DNA of 64,000 bases from Scenedesmus sp. PABB004 (taxonomy: Eukaryota), in the NCBI GenBank assembly GCA_014905635.1, contig JABVCE010000002.1, positions 868,001 through 932,000 on the forward strand, given 5' to 3'. How positions within the stretch are numbered: the stretch's first letter is position 1; each line of letters opens with the position of its first letter. Both the position numbers and the translations under genes were made by a program. The notes below the pieces were generated by a model. That model ran no database searches and was not told where the DNA came from. It saw nothing but the letters and a program-made list of their open reading frames with translations. This document shows, in pieces, positions 44,450 through 56,843 of the stretch.

Positions 44450-46491
44450 ATGCTCGGCAGCACGGCGAGCTCGAATTGCGGCGCCGCGCGCTCGGCGCGC
44501 GGCAGCAGCAGCAGCTCGCCGGCGCGGGGCGCCGCGCGCGCCTGCTGGCGGCCCGCAGCAGCCGGCGCGGTCGGCCGTGGCGAGCGCACGAGGCGTTCTG
44601 CCTCCTCGACCGCCGCGCGGGCGCAGCGGTCGCAGCAGCTGGTGCCGGGAGTGGGGGCGCCTGCACCGCTCACCATGGACGCCCTGGCGCGCGCGGCGGC
44701 CCAGGACAAGTCGCAGGTGGGCCCCCGGATCGGCGGCCGTCCGCCCGGCCCACGCCGCGGCCGGCGCGCGCGCGGCTGGCGCGCTCGCGGCCGGCGCGCG
44801 CGCGCCGCCGCCGCCGCTGCCGGGGACGCCGTCGGCTGCCGACCGCCGCGCCCTGCGCGCCGCGCGGCGGCGCCAGGCCCCCTCCTCCTCGGACAAGGCC
44901 TTCGCCTACCGCGTGGCCTACCAGGGCGTCGCGGGCGCGTACAGCGAGATGGCGGCGCGGCAGGCCTGCCCCGACGCGGAGCCCGTCCCCTGCGAGCAGT
45001 TTGAGGTCGCGTTCCAGGTGCGCGCGCCGCGCGAGCCGGGCCGGCGTGCGCGCGCCAGCCGGGGAGGACGCGGCCACCAGCGCGCCAGCCCGCCCGCCCG
45101 CGGCCGGGGGCGAGCACCGCACCGCGCCGCGCCGCGCCGGCACCCGCGCCCGCGCCCGCGCGGCAGGCGCTGTCGCAGTGGACGACCGACTGGGCGGTGC
45201 TGCCGATCGAGAACAGCCTCGGCGGCAGCATCCACGCCGTGTACGACCTGCTGCTGCGCTACCGGCTGCACATCGTGGGCGAGACGAGCGTCGCGGTCAA
45301 CCACTGCCTGCTCGCGCTGCCGGGGACCAAGCCGTCCGACCTCACGCGCGTGCTGAGCCACCCACAGGCGCTCGCGCAGACGGACACCTACCTGCGCCGC
45401 CTCGGCGTCGTGCGCGAGGCGGTGGACGACACCGCCGGCGCGGCGCGCATGGTCGCGGCCGAGAAGCTGCAGGCGCGCCGGCCCGCGGGCGCCGCCGCGC
45501 GCGGGGGATGATGAGCCGCGCGGGCGGGCGGGCGGGCAGGCGGGCGCCGGTGCTGTGCCCGCGGCGCGAGCGCGGCCCGCGCCGCGCGCCGCGCGCAGGG
45601 CGTGGGCGCCGTGGCGAGCCGGCGCGCGGCGGAGCTGTACGGGCTGGACATCCTGGACGAGGACATCCAGGACGCCAAGGACAACGTCACACGCTTTATC
45701 AAGCTCGCGCGGTGCGCACGCGCACGCGGGGCGCATGGCCGCGCGCGCGCGCGCCGCGCCGCCGCGCCGCCGCGCGGCCCCGCCCGCCCGACCCCGCGCC
45801 GCCGACCCGCGCGCGCGCCGGCGCCGCCGCGCGCAGCGACCCGCTGCTCAGCCGCGAGGGCGAGGGCGAGGCGCGTGCGTTCAAGACGAGCATCGTGTTC
45901 AGCCTCAAGGAGGGGCCCGGGCAGCTGTTCAAGGCGCTGAGCGTGTTTGCGCTGCGCGACATCGACATGACCAAGATTGAGTCGCGCCCCATGCGCAGGC
46001 GCGGGGCGGGGGCGATGATGAAGAGGGGGGGGGGGGGGGGGGGGGGGGGCAGGGCCAGCAGCGTGGCGCGGCGCCGCGCGGGAGCCCGCGGCGCGGGAGC
46101 CCGCGGCGCGCGCGCCGCTCGCGGCCCGGCCCACTCGCCGCGCCGCCCCCGCCGCGCCCGCCCGCCGCGCGCAGCAACCCCATTCTGCCTGCCGAGGGCG
46201 GCGGCGGCGGCGGGCGGGCGCGGTTCAACTACCTCTTTTATATCGACTTTGTCGGCGCGCTCAGCGACCCCGTCGCGCAAAACGCGCTGCGCCACCTGCA
46301 GGTGCACGCGCGCCGCTGCCGAGGGGCAGCGCCGCAGCGCGGGGCCCGCACGCAACCCCGCCGCCGCCGCCGCCGCCGCCCGCGCGCAGGAGAGCGCGCC
46401 GTTCATGCGCGTGCTGGGGAGCTACCCCATGGAGCTGGAGCTGGGGCGGCTCGACAGCAACACGCCCTTCGACTCCATCACCGAGGCGTGA
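44450..46491 (+). CDS. ADT: Arogenate/prephenate dehydratase, plastid
   Basis: [59 protein letters not shown] domain [46 protein letters not shown]. Confidence 0.95.
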
Positions 46492-46832
46492 GCGCGGGCG
46501 CGACCCGGGGCGGGGGCCGGACCCATTCCTTGCGGGGCGCAGCGGCGCAGCGCGTGTGACGGCGCTGAACCACACGGTGCCGGAGCCCGCGGCGGCGCGC
46601 CCGCAGTGTGCCAGACCGCGCGGCCCGCAGTCCTCAGCCCCGAGCGCGCCGCCAGCCCGCCAGCCGCCGGTCGCACTGCCGGCGCCGCCGCTGCTGTCGC
46701 CGTGCCGCCGCCGTGCCGTGGCGAACGAACGACGAGGGCGGTTGCGTGGGCAGGATCACCTCACAGCAGCAGCAGGGCGTGGAGGGTGGCACGCGCAAGG
46801 GCAGCACGCGCGCAGCAGCAGACGCGAGCGCG

Positions 46833-48797
46833 ATGGGCTCGGACCTGCCAGATGTGGAGGCCCTGGAGCGCGAGCTCAAGGCCATCCGTCAGCAGCGCAA
46901 CCAGGTACGCCCGACGGGCAACCGCGCGCCGCGTCGGGGCTCGGGCAAGGCGCGGGGGCTCGCTGGCGGGCTGCCCGCCTCCAGGCGCTGCCCCGGCGCC
47001 CAGGGCGCGGCACGCCCCGCGCGGGCGGCCCTGGCGTTGATCCGGCCTGCGCCGCAGCCGTCGCGGCCGCGGCAGCCTGTCATGGCCCGCACGCGCCGCG
47101 GCGGCCGGCGCGCAGCAGCAGCGGCAGCGCCGGCGGCAGCGGGCGGCGGCCCGCCGGCCGCGCGCGCGCGCCCACCCGCCCCACGCGCCCCGCAGGCCAA
47201 GGAGCGGCTGGACGCCATGCGCGGCGGGCGCGGACGGGGGCGCGCCGGCGCGGGCCCCGGCCGCGGGCCGGGCGGCGTGCTGAGCCGCCTGGGCGGTGCC
47301 CCCGGCCCGCGGCCCGACGCGCCCCGCGGCGCCGGCCCGGGCGGCCCCCTGGGGCGCGCGGGTCGGTGTTTGACCGCCTGTATGACCGCGGCGGCAGCAG
47401 GGACTGGAGCCGCGAGGCCGGCCGCGACCAGAGCCCGGCGGAGCGCGCCAACGGCCACGCCGCTGGCGGCGCCGCCCCGCCGGGCCGCCCGCCCCTCACC
47501 AGCCGCCTGAGCAGCCGCGTGGTGGTGCCGCACGGCGACGGCGAGCGCGCCGGCAGCGCGCGCGACAGCGACGGCGCCGCCGCGGGCGGCGGCGGGCGCA
47601 AGCGCCTGCTGTCGGCGGTCGTGGTCGACGGCCAGGCCCGCACGGCGAGCGCGTCGCTGGACGGCGACGGCGCGGCGCCCGACGGCGCGGCGCCCGAGCG
47701 CGGCGGCGACGAACCGGCGGCCAAGCGCCCCGCCGTCGCGGTGGACGACAAGACCGTCAAGCGCGCGAAGCGCATGTTCGGCGCGCTCGTGGGCACGCTG
47801 CAGCGCTTCCAGTGAGCGCCTGCGCCGCCCACGCACGCACCTGCGCCGCCCCTGCTCCGTGCGCAGCGCGCCAGCGCAGCGCGCTGACCGCGCAGCGCAG
47901 CGCGCCGACCGCGCCGGCCGCGCTGACCGCGCCGCCGCCGCCGCGCGCAGGAGCGAGGACGCAGCGTTCCGCACCTCGGCCAAGGCTCAGAGCCGCGCGG
48001 AGCTGCAGCGCCGCGCTGAGGAGAAGGAGGCGGCGGAGCGCGCCGCGCTCGAGGCCGCCGAGGCGGCGCGGCGCGAGGCCGACGCCGCGGCGCGGCGCGG
48101 CGAGCGCGAGGACCAGCTGCGGCGGCTGATGGAGCTCACGCTCAAGGTGGGGCACGTGTCCGCGGCTTGATAGGGCCGGTGGGGGGACCCTCCAGAGGGG
48201 CTCAGCGGGCCTGGCCCCGGCGCGCCCGCCGCCCGCCGACCGCGCCGCGCGCCGCCCTCCGCCGCGCAGTCGGACGTCAAGGCGCTGGAGATCCTCTACG
48301 CGCGGCGCATCGCGCGGCGCTCCAAGCTGCTGCCCTTTTGCGTCACGCGTGCGCAGCCGCCGCTCTACTGGGCGCCGCGCGCGCCGTGCGACGAGTCGGC
48401 CGCGCTGCGGCAGGCGCACGCGGACTCGTTCGAGGCGTGGCGGCAGGAGCAGCTCACCGCGCTGGAGGCGGAGAAGGCGGAGCTGGCGCAGCGCGCGGTC
48501 GCGCGTCGCGAGCGCGCGAGCGGCGCCGGCCCGGCCGGCGCGGAGCAGCCGCACGCCGCGCCCGAGTACGGCGACGGCGGCGAGGGCGGGGGTTCCGAGC
48601 CAGGCGCGCCCGACGGCGAGGCGGACGAGGGCGCAGCGGGCGGCGCGGAGCAGCAGCAGGAGGAGGGCGCGGGGGGCGTGAGCGAGGGCGAGCCGGAGCC
48701 GGAGCCGCGGCCGCGGCGCACCAGGCGGCGGCCCGTGGGCTCGGACGAGGAGGAGGAGGAGCGGCTGCTCAGCAGTGAGGAGGAGGACGAGGCGTGA
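46833..48797 (+). CDS. Pinin/SDK/memA-domain protein
   Basis: N-terminal coiled coil, RGG region, KRAKRMFGALVGTLQRF, coiled coil, FCVTRAQPPLYWAP and an acidic tail. There is a frame break at about 47352. Confidence 0.8.
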
Positions 48798-49128
48798 GGC
48801 AGGGGCTGGCCACACGGCAGCGGCGGTGGCGGCGGCGGCGGCGCTGTGGGCGCCCTGGCGCGTGCGGCAACGCCGGCGTGCTCGCGGCAGCGCTGCTGTT
48901 GTTATACAAGCGATCAACCCCAGAAGCCGTGCCCCAAAAAGGTCCGCCCTTCCGCCCCTGCCTGTCCCCCCCGTTCTTCCGGCCGCACGGCGCGGCCGCG
49001 CCGGCGCGGCGCCGCGCGGGCGAGCGCCGCCAGGAGGCCGCGCCGCCCGCGCGCGCGCACGCGTGCAAGGTCGCGCAGGCCAGCGGGCCGCGCACGCGCA
49101 CGCGCTCGAGGCGTGCACGTGGGCGCCC

Positions 49129-50490
49129 TCACTCCTTGGCGCGCGAGAGGTACTGGTCTGTCCGGGTGTCAATCTTGATGAGCTCGCCGTTCTCAATGAA
49201 CAGCGGCACGCTGATCGTCGCGCCCGTCTCCAGCTTGGCCTGCTTGCTGCCGCCGCCTGCGAGCGCGGGCGCGGGCGTGGGGTGAGCGTCACTGCGGCCG
49301 CGCGGCGTGCGGTCGCGCGGCACACAGCGGCGCGCACCGCTGGCGGTGTTGCCCTTGACGCCGGGCGGCGTGTCCACGACCTCCAGCTCCACAAAGTTGG
49401 GCGGCTCGACGCTGATCACCTGCGGGCGCGCGCGAGGGCGCTGGGCGCGGGGCGCGAGGCACCGCCACCAGCGCCGCCGCTGCCCCAGCCGGCAGCTGGC
49501 TGCCAGCTGCCGGCTGCCCGCTGCTGCCGGCTGCGTGCGCGGGGTGTGCGCGGGTCACCTTGCCGTCGTAGAACATGAGCATGCAGATCGCGCCCTCCTT
49601 GAGGTACTTGGCCCAGTCGTCGCGCGGGAGGCGCGTCTCCTCGTAGCTGCCCATGTCCATGAAGATGTACTGCGGCGCGGTGCGCGCGGGCGCGGCGCGG
49701 CGGGGCAGGGAGGAGGAGGAGGGGCGCGGGGCGCGGTGACGACGGGGGCGGCGGGGCGGGCGGGGCGGCGGCGGGCGCGCGGCGGCCGCGCCGCACCTCG
49801 TCGCCGTCGGCGTAGGTGAACTGGCCCTCGCGCCGCGACACGTCGGCGAGCGTCACGCTCTCGCCGCCGCGGAACGTCTTCTCCTGGTTGCTGCCGTTGA
49901 GCAGGTTCTTGAGCTTCGTCCGCACAAACGCGGCGCCCTTGCCCGGCTTGACGTGCAGGAACTCTGCGCCCGCAGCGGCGGCGCGGGCGGCGGGTCGGCG
50001 CCGGCCGCGCGGCGCGGCCGCGGTGGTGCGGCGTCCCGCGCCGGCGGCGCGCCGGCGCGTCGCACCGAGCACGCGGAAGGGCGTGTTGTCGATCTCCACC
50101 GTCACGCCGGTCTTGAAGTCGTTGACCGAGATCTGCCCCGCGTGCGCGACGAGCGCGGCGCCGCGGCGCGGCAGCAGCGGCTGCACCTGCGGCGGCTCGG
50201 CCGGCGGCGGGCAGCACTCGCCGCGCGCGGCGCCGGCGCCGGCGCCAGCGCTCGCCCGGAGCGGCCGCGAGCTCCCCGTCAGCGCGGCCGCCGCGGCGCA
50301 CCCGGCTGCTGGGCAGGGGCGCCCAGGGAGCAGGCTGCGACGGCGGCCGCCGGCAGCAGCTGCTGCCCGCGCTGCGGGGGGCGGCAGCAATGGCGTGAGG
50401 CCCACCACAGCCTGCCACAGCGTGCCGGCCAGCCCTGGTGACCGCTGCGGCGCCGCACCTCGCCGCGGTGAGGCCGGTCGACGCCAGCAT
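49129..50490 (-). CDS. EFP: Elongation factor P, organellar (probably plastid)
   Basis: [87 protein letters not shown]. Transit peptide present; start uncertain. Confidence 0.95.
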
Positions 50491-50714
50491 GATTGCCGCT
50501 GCTCTCGGCCGCGTGTGCGGGCGGCGTGGGCGCGCGGGGGAGCGCGTTGGCTGGCTCGTCGCAGCGTCTAGGGCCCACGGCGCGCCAGGGGCGCGGAGCG
50601 CGGCAGAGCCCCGGCCAGCCAGCTCGCACTCCCGGCCCGCCTATCCACGCGCGCAGCTCCGCCGGCGCCACTGCGAATTCTGAGGGCCGCCGCTCGCCGG
50701 ACGCGCCCAGCAAC

Positions 50715-51784
50715 ATGCAGCACGCCCGCGCACTCGCCGGCCGGAGCTCCGCCGCTGCCAGCCACCTGCGCCGCGCCGCCGTCGCCGCCCCGCGCGCCTC
50801 CCCCGCCCAGCCGCTGCGCCGCGCCGTGTCCTGCATGGCGGAGAAGCTGGACAAGAGCACGCCCGACGAGACCTGGCGCAAGCTCCTGTCCGCGCAGGAG
50901 GTGCGCCGACGGCAGAGCAGCAGCGGCGGCGCCCGCGCCCGCGCCGGCGCACATTGGCGGCCCGCAGCGCGCCCCGCCTGCCCGGCGCGGCGGCGCGCCG
51001 GGCGCGGCCCGCCAGTGGCGCCGGCGGGGCCGCATGCGGCGGGGCAGCTGCTGCGCATGGGGCGCCGCGGGCGGCGCGGCATCGCGCGCACCGCCGACCG
51101 CCCGCGCCGCGCGACCGCCGCCGGCCCGCCGCAGTTCAACATCCTGCGCGAGAAGGGCACCGAGCCGCCCGGGTCGGGGCAGTACAACAAGTTTTACGAG
51201 GAGGGCATCTACAAGTGCGCTGGCTGCGGCGCGCCGCTCTACAAGTGAGCGAGCCTTCACGGGGCGCGCGGCCGGCGCGATGGCGGCGCGCGCGCGGGGC
51301 GCCGCCGAGCGCGCCGGCGGCGCGCCGGCGCGCCGCCGGGGTGCCGCGCCGAGCGCGCTGGTCTGCGCGCGCAGGTCCGACCACAAGTTCAACTCGGGGT
51401 GCGGCTGGCCTGCGTTCTACGATGAGCTGCCGAACGCGGTCCACCGCCACGAGGACGGCTCGATGGGCATGATGTGAGCGGCGCCGCCCGCCGCCCGGCG
51501 CGCCGCGGCGCCACGCGCCCGCGCGCCCGGCGCGGCCGCGCCACGCCGCGCCCACCCCCCGACGTGCCTCATGCGCGCAAAAAGGTCGCGCGCGCAGTCG
51601 TCGCCCGCCGCCGCGGTCTCCTCAAAGCGCGCCACCCCGACCCGCGCCCCGCAGGCGCACCGAGATCACGTGCGCGAACTGCGGCGGCCACCTCGGCCAT
51701 GTGTTCAAGGGCGAAGGGTTTCCGACGCCCACGGACGAGCGGCACTGCGTCAACAGCGTGAGCATCAAGTTTGAGCGCAAGTGA
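50715..51784 (+). CDS. MSRB: Peptide methionine sulfoxide reductase B
   Basis: [64 protein letters not shown]. Transit-like N-terminus. Confidence 0.96.
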
Positions 51785-52237
51785 TGGGCGCGCGCTCGTG
51801 ACGGGCGCGGCTGCCTGGCGGCGGCCGCGGCGGCCGCGACAGGCAGCTCGGGCGGCCGACCAGGGAGCCCGGGCGCCGCCGGCGCGCGCGCATGCGGCGC
51901 TGGTGGCGGGTGGGGATGGCGGTTGATCGAGTTGTGACTGCCTGACCTGTAACGACCGCGGTTGCGCGCGCGGCGGTCTCGCGGCGGTCGGCGCGTCGCG
52001 AGCAGCGGCGCAGCGGCGCTTGTGCCGCGGGGCGGGCAGCTGCCCGCAGCGCCGCGTTCCCGTGGTCCAACCCATCCGCGTCCACGCTCCGGGCAGTGCA
52101 GCGCGTCCGCAGGCGCCCAGCCCGGAGAGCGGCGCGCAGTCAATCCGCGCCGACCCCCGCCCCGCCGCAGCCCCGCCACTATCGCGTCTGAGCACGCGGG
52201 AGCGCACAAGGGACCCACTCTCGCGTCCTCTTCGAGC

Positions 52238-53353
52238 ATGGTGCAGCTCGAGCCGAGCCTGGCGCTGGTGCTGAAGCACCTGGCGCCGCACGGCGCGCTG
52301 CTGCCGGCGGAGGCCAAGGTGGGGCGCCTGGGCGGCTCCCACGCGGAACCCACGCCCGGCACGCGCCCTGACCGGCGCTGCCACGGCGCCCGCAGGCGGC
52401 GCTGGACCACTCGCTGCCCATCAAGCGCAGCGAGGCGGGCCTCACGACGCTCACACTGTGGGGCCGCCTGACCGCGCGGAACGGCAAGGTGGGCCTGCGC
52501 ACGACCCCGGGCCAGCGGCGACGGCGTGCCGCCGCCGCGGGGGCAGCGCCGGCGCGGCGCGCGAGCGGCTGACCGCGCCCCCGCAGGACTACCTGATCGC
52601 GGAGGGCTACGACCACGCCACAGCGCGCGGCAAGGCGCTGAGCTTTGCGGCCAAGTACTACTTCAGCCAAGACGGCGCGCGCTGGGCCGACCTGCCGCCG
52701 GCCGACCCCGACACAGCCGCGCGCGCGGCCAAGCTGCGCGCGCAGCTCAGCGGCGACCCGGCCTGCCAGTACCCGGCCGACGACGAGCCCCCGGCGCCCG
52801 GCGGCGCCGAGGGCGAGGCCGACGGCGAGGGCGGCAGGGCCGCGGTGACGGAGGTGCAGCGGCTGCGGTGCATCATCGACAGCGTCAACGCCGCGACCGC
52901 GGTGCAGCCCAAGGTGGGCGCCGGGCGCCCGCCACGTCCCGCGCCGCGGCCGCGCGGCGCCGGCGCCGCCAGGCGGCGGCCGTCGGCTGGGCGCTCCGCG
53001 TCGCCCTGCGCCCACCCCCGCACGGCGCCCCCGGCGCCGCGCAGGGCTCCTTCATCGCCGACGCGCACAACCAGGTCGTGCCCAACCGCATGTGGGCCGG
53101 CCTGGCCTACCCCGACAAGCTGGAGAGCTACGTGCACCGCGCCGACGCGCTGCAGGACGGCGCGGCGGGCGGGCTGGCGGCCGACGTGCGCGGCTGCTGG
53201 AGCGTCGCGCACGACAGCTTCAAGCGCCTCACCGTGCTGCGCAGCCTGCGCTTCCCCGGCTACGCCTTTTACTACGACGGCGGCAGCCTCACCTGGGGCG
53301 GGCTCTACGTCGGCGACGGCCTGGCCAACAACGACCTGGTCTTCATGCTCTGA
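52238..53353 (+). CDS. RSP9: Flagellar radial spoke head protein 9
   Basis: MVQLEPSLALVLKHL..|AALDHSLPIKRSEAGLTTLTLWGRLTARNGK|DYLIAEGY..LSGDP..EVQRL..QPK|GSF..VLRSLRFPGYAFYY..YVGDGLANNDLVFML*. Confidence 0.92.
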
Positions 53354-53899
53354 CGCGCGGCGGGGCGGCGCGCCGCCGGCGGCGGGGCAGCAGCGCTCGC
53401 GGCGTCACCCGACGGCGGCGGCCGGCCAGCGGCGGCCGAGCGACGGCGTGGCGTGGGCGTGGGGTCGGCGCTGATGAGCGGTCTGCGCCGCCGCCGTCGC
53501 AGCAGCGAGGCTGGGCGGCGCAGGCGCTGCGTGTGATGGGATCGGCCGCAGCCCCGGTCGGGCGGTGCGCGCCGCGCTCGGCGCCGGCCAGCCGGACGAG
53601 GCCGCGCAGGGCGTTCTGGGCGGGCGTTTGGCGACGCCGGGGGCGTGGTCTCGCGGCCGGCGCCCCACGTCCGACGGGCCGCCCGCGCCGCTCTCTCTCC
53701 CGGCGCCTCCCGCCGCACAGGGGCCACGCCCGCCGCCCGCGCGGCGCACAGACGCGCTCGCTGGCTCTCCGCAACAGCAGCGCCCGTCTCTGCGGCGCGC
53801 CGACACGCGGGTAACCCGTTCGCTTCAAAGGGAGCGCGCGCTCCAGCACCGCCACCGAGCGCGTCCCCTCCCTCTGCGCCGAGCCGTTCGCGGCCGACC

Positions 53900-55800
53900 A
53901 TGACGGCCGCGCCCTGGGCGGCGCCCGGGCCGCTGCCGGCCGGCGGCAGGGCCGCGGCGGCTTCGGTTGAGGCCGGCGCCCGCCGCGCGGCGGCGCTGCC
54001 GGCGGCCACCGGCCGCAAGGCGGCCTCGTTCGAGGACGGCGGCGGCCTGGACCTGCCCTCCGGCTTCTCCATCTCCGCCGCCCGCCCGGGCGCGGACGGC
54101 GGGCCGGCGGTGCCGCCGCACCCGAGCCAGGCCGAGGCGCTGCCGGCGCGCTCCCACTTTGTGGCGGCGCGCTGCCCGCTGCTCGCGACGGGCGACCCGC
54201 GCGTCGCGGGGCAGGTGCTGGAGGGCAGCGCCGACCCGACGCAGCAGTTTGTCGTCAACGGGCCGCCGGTGGAGCTGCGCTCCGACCTCTTTGCTGGCCG
54301 CATGGTGCTGCAGGCCGCGGGGCTGCCGAGCACGCCGGCGGGCGCGTTCACGGGCGCGTTCAGCCGCGCGCTCGGCAAGACGGTCATCCAGGGGCGCTTC
54401 ACGCGGCGGGTGCCCGCTGACGACATCTGGGCGGGGCAGGCCCTGTGGAAGCGCCCGCTGCTGCCGCACAGGTGCGGCGCGCGGCGCGCGCGCGGGGGCG
54501 CCGCGTGCGCGCGCCGCGCGCCGTCGCCCCTGCTGACTAACCGCGCCGCCGGGCGCGGCGGCGCCGCAGCTTCCTGAAGGTCGTCTTCACCGGCGCGGCC
54601 AAGTTTTTCAGCGCAACCTGCCGCGTCGCGACCGAGGGCGACGCGGTCGGCTTCCACAACCCGCTGCTGGCCATGGCCCAGGTCGTCAACGTGTCGCGCG
54701 CCGGCAGCGAGCCCGACCCGACCGGCCCCGTCGCGGAGGACTGCCGCCTCATGAGCCCCGCGCTCGCCGACCGCGCGGGTGCGCGGCGGCGCGCCCGCAG
54801 CCCCTTTTGGCCACGCGCCGCGGCCGCGCGCCGCCGCCGCGCGCCGCCGACCCCCCCCCCCCCTCCCCCCATGCCCGCCCGCGGCCGCAGGCAGCCCGCT
54901 GCCCGGCCCCGCGCGGCAGCGCTTCTGCGACCGCCCCGCGCAGCTGGCGGGCCTGGAGTATGACGACGAGCACGTGTACACGTTTGTGATCGGGCAGTCC
55001 ATCCTGGACCTCGTCTCGTACCGCCTCACCCTCGGCGGCGGCCTCATCCGGCTCGACCTCGCCCACATCCTCAACGGCCAGCCGCTCGCGATGGCGGCAA
55101 AGAGCATGCGGGTGCGCGCCGCGCGGGCCGGCACGCGGCGCGGCGCGCGGCGGGGCGCGGCGGCGGCGGCGGCGCGCGCGCGCGCGCGCGCGCGCGCCCC
55201 GGCCGGGCCCGGCCGCCGCCGACCGCAGCTCGCGCGCCGCGCCCCGGGCGCCCGCAGGAGGACAAGACCTTCATCAGCCTGCTCGTGTGGCACGAGCGCC
55301 TCAACTACGGCGGCGCGCCGCGGCGCGCCAGCGACGGCGCCGGCAGCACGAGCAGCAGTGGCGGGGACGGCGCGAGCAGCGCGCCCACGCTCAGCAGCTG
55401 CGGCAGCGACGGCGCGGCCTCCGGCTGCGCCAGCAGCAGCAGCAGCGGCGGCAGCGACAGCAGCAGCGGCAACGGCGACGCCGTCAGCAGCGAGGCTGGC
55501 AGCAGCGAGGCTGGCAGCGAGGCGGGCAGCGAGGCGGGCGACAGCGAGAGCGAGTACGGCAGCGCCTGCAGCGAGCTGGAGCAGGAGCAGGAGCTGCAGG
55601 ACCCGGCGCCGCACGCGCCGGCGCCGCACGCGCCGGCGCCGCCGACCGGCAGCGCCGGCGAAGGCGCGCCGAGCTGCGGTGACCTGGCGCCGCCCTGCGG
55701 CGACCTGGCGCCGAGCCGCGGCGACCCGGATCGGAGCACGTCGCGGCGCGCGCGGCGCCCCGCGCAGCTCGCGGCGCGCCTCAAGGCGCTGTGGAAGTAG
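53900..55800 (+). CDS. DUF1769-like protein, copy A
   Basis: VNGPPVELRSDLFAGRM, IQGRF..DIWAGQ, NPLLAMAQVVNVS, EDCRL, RQRF, YTF..LDLVSYRL, LDLAHILNGQPL, followed by a Ser/Gly/Glu-rich tail. Confidence 0.75.
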
Positions 55801-56843
55801 GCGGCCGCCCTAGGCGGCGGCGCGTTGGCAGACTTGTGCGCACCCCTCGCGCTGATTTTTCGTCGTCGTCGCTGTCGCTGCACCATTCTGCGAGCTGCGC
55901 GTCCCAGCGCCCGCGGCATCGCTTCAACCCGTCACTCGCGCGCGCGCCCGTGTGCACAGCCTGTCAGAGATCTGTTTGTTGTTGACGCAGCCTGCGGCCT
56001 GCCTGCCTGCCCGGTGCTGAAGAAGACGACTGACCAACCCGGCGGCGCGCGCTTTCATCTCTCTGCTGCCGACAGCTCCCCAGGCTGCCGCGCCGCTGAT
56101 GGCGGCCATTTCATGCTTGTGGGTGTGCGCGCGCGCGCGTGCGTGTTTGTTGAAGCACTCCCCGCGCAGTGGCGGCGCAGATGCTGCGTGCGTGTCATAA
56201 TGGCGTTGGGCTGCCCTTGGCGCGGCGGGTCAGCCGCCAGCTCGCCGACGGCCCCCGGCGGGCACGCCGCCGCGGGCCTCCCTGGTGGCCGCGCGCTGCC
56301 GCGTGCGTGTAATAACGCGTGAGGATCTCCCGACGCGCTCGCGCGGCGGCCGTCAGGCGCGCTGTGTGCGACACATGATGGCGTGGCCAGGCATCAAAGG
56401 CCGGCCACCAGGCTGGCCCCGCGCGCTGCGCCGCCGGGCCGCGGCGCGCGCCACATGGGCGGCTGTGTCGACACACACCGATCTCTCTGGACCACTGCCG
56501 GGACACTCGCGCGTCGGGGTGGGGGAGCCGCATCTGCTCGACTGCCGTCAGCGGCCGCCCCGGCCTCAAGAGCGCACGGCGCCCTCCCGCCCCCCACCAC
56601 GCCCCCTCCCGCGCCTCCCCCACCCCTCCCCCGCCCCGCCGCCCTCCCCCGCGCCCCCTCCCCGCCAGCACATTGTCCGGTGTGCGCCGGCAGCCACCCC
56701 CGCCCCCGCCCACAGCGCCGCCAGGCGCCCCGGCTGGCCCCCGGCGCGCCCGGCAGCGCCGCGAGTCGCCGCGGCAGCTGCAGGCCAGGCGCGGGCGCTC
56801 CCCGCCGAGGTCCCGGCAACTCCGTCGTCGGCCCCAGCGCGCC

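Noticed and set aside
46025..46050. Long poly-G/poly-C runs in introns (also ~16157, ~17600, ~54851, ~57623) as functional G-quadruplexes
   Set aside because: These are common slippage products in GC-rich DNA, their lengths are unreliable, and there is no positional pattern.
7985..47355. Single-base frameshifts in SOUL (~7988), lipase copy 1 (~29420), lipase copy 2 (~30006) and pinin (~47352) as programmed frameshifting or pseudogenisation
   Set aside because: Each is fixed by adding one base to a G or C homopolymer, and for the lipases the other palindrome arm has the intact run. Long-read consensus errors are the simplest explanation.
51730..51960. Possible selenoprotein MsrB/SECIS
   Set aside because: The catalytic codon is TGC (RHCVNS) and there is no in-frame TGA.
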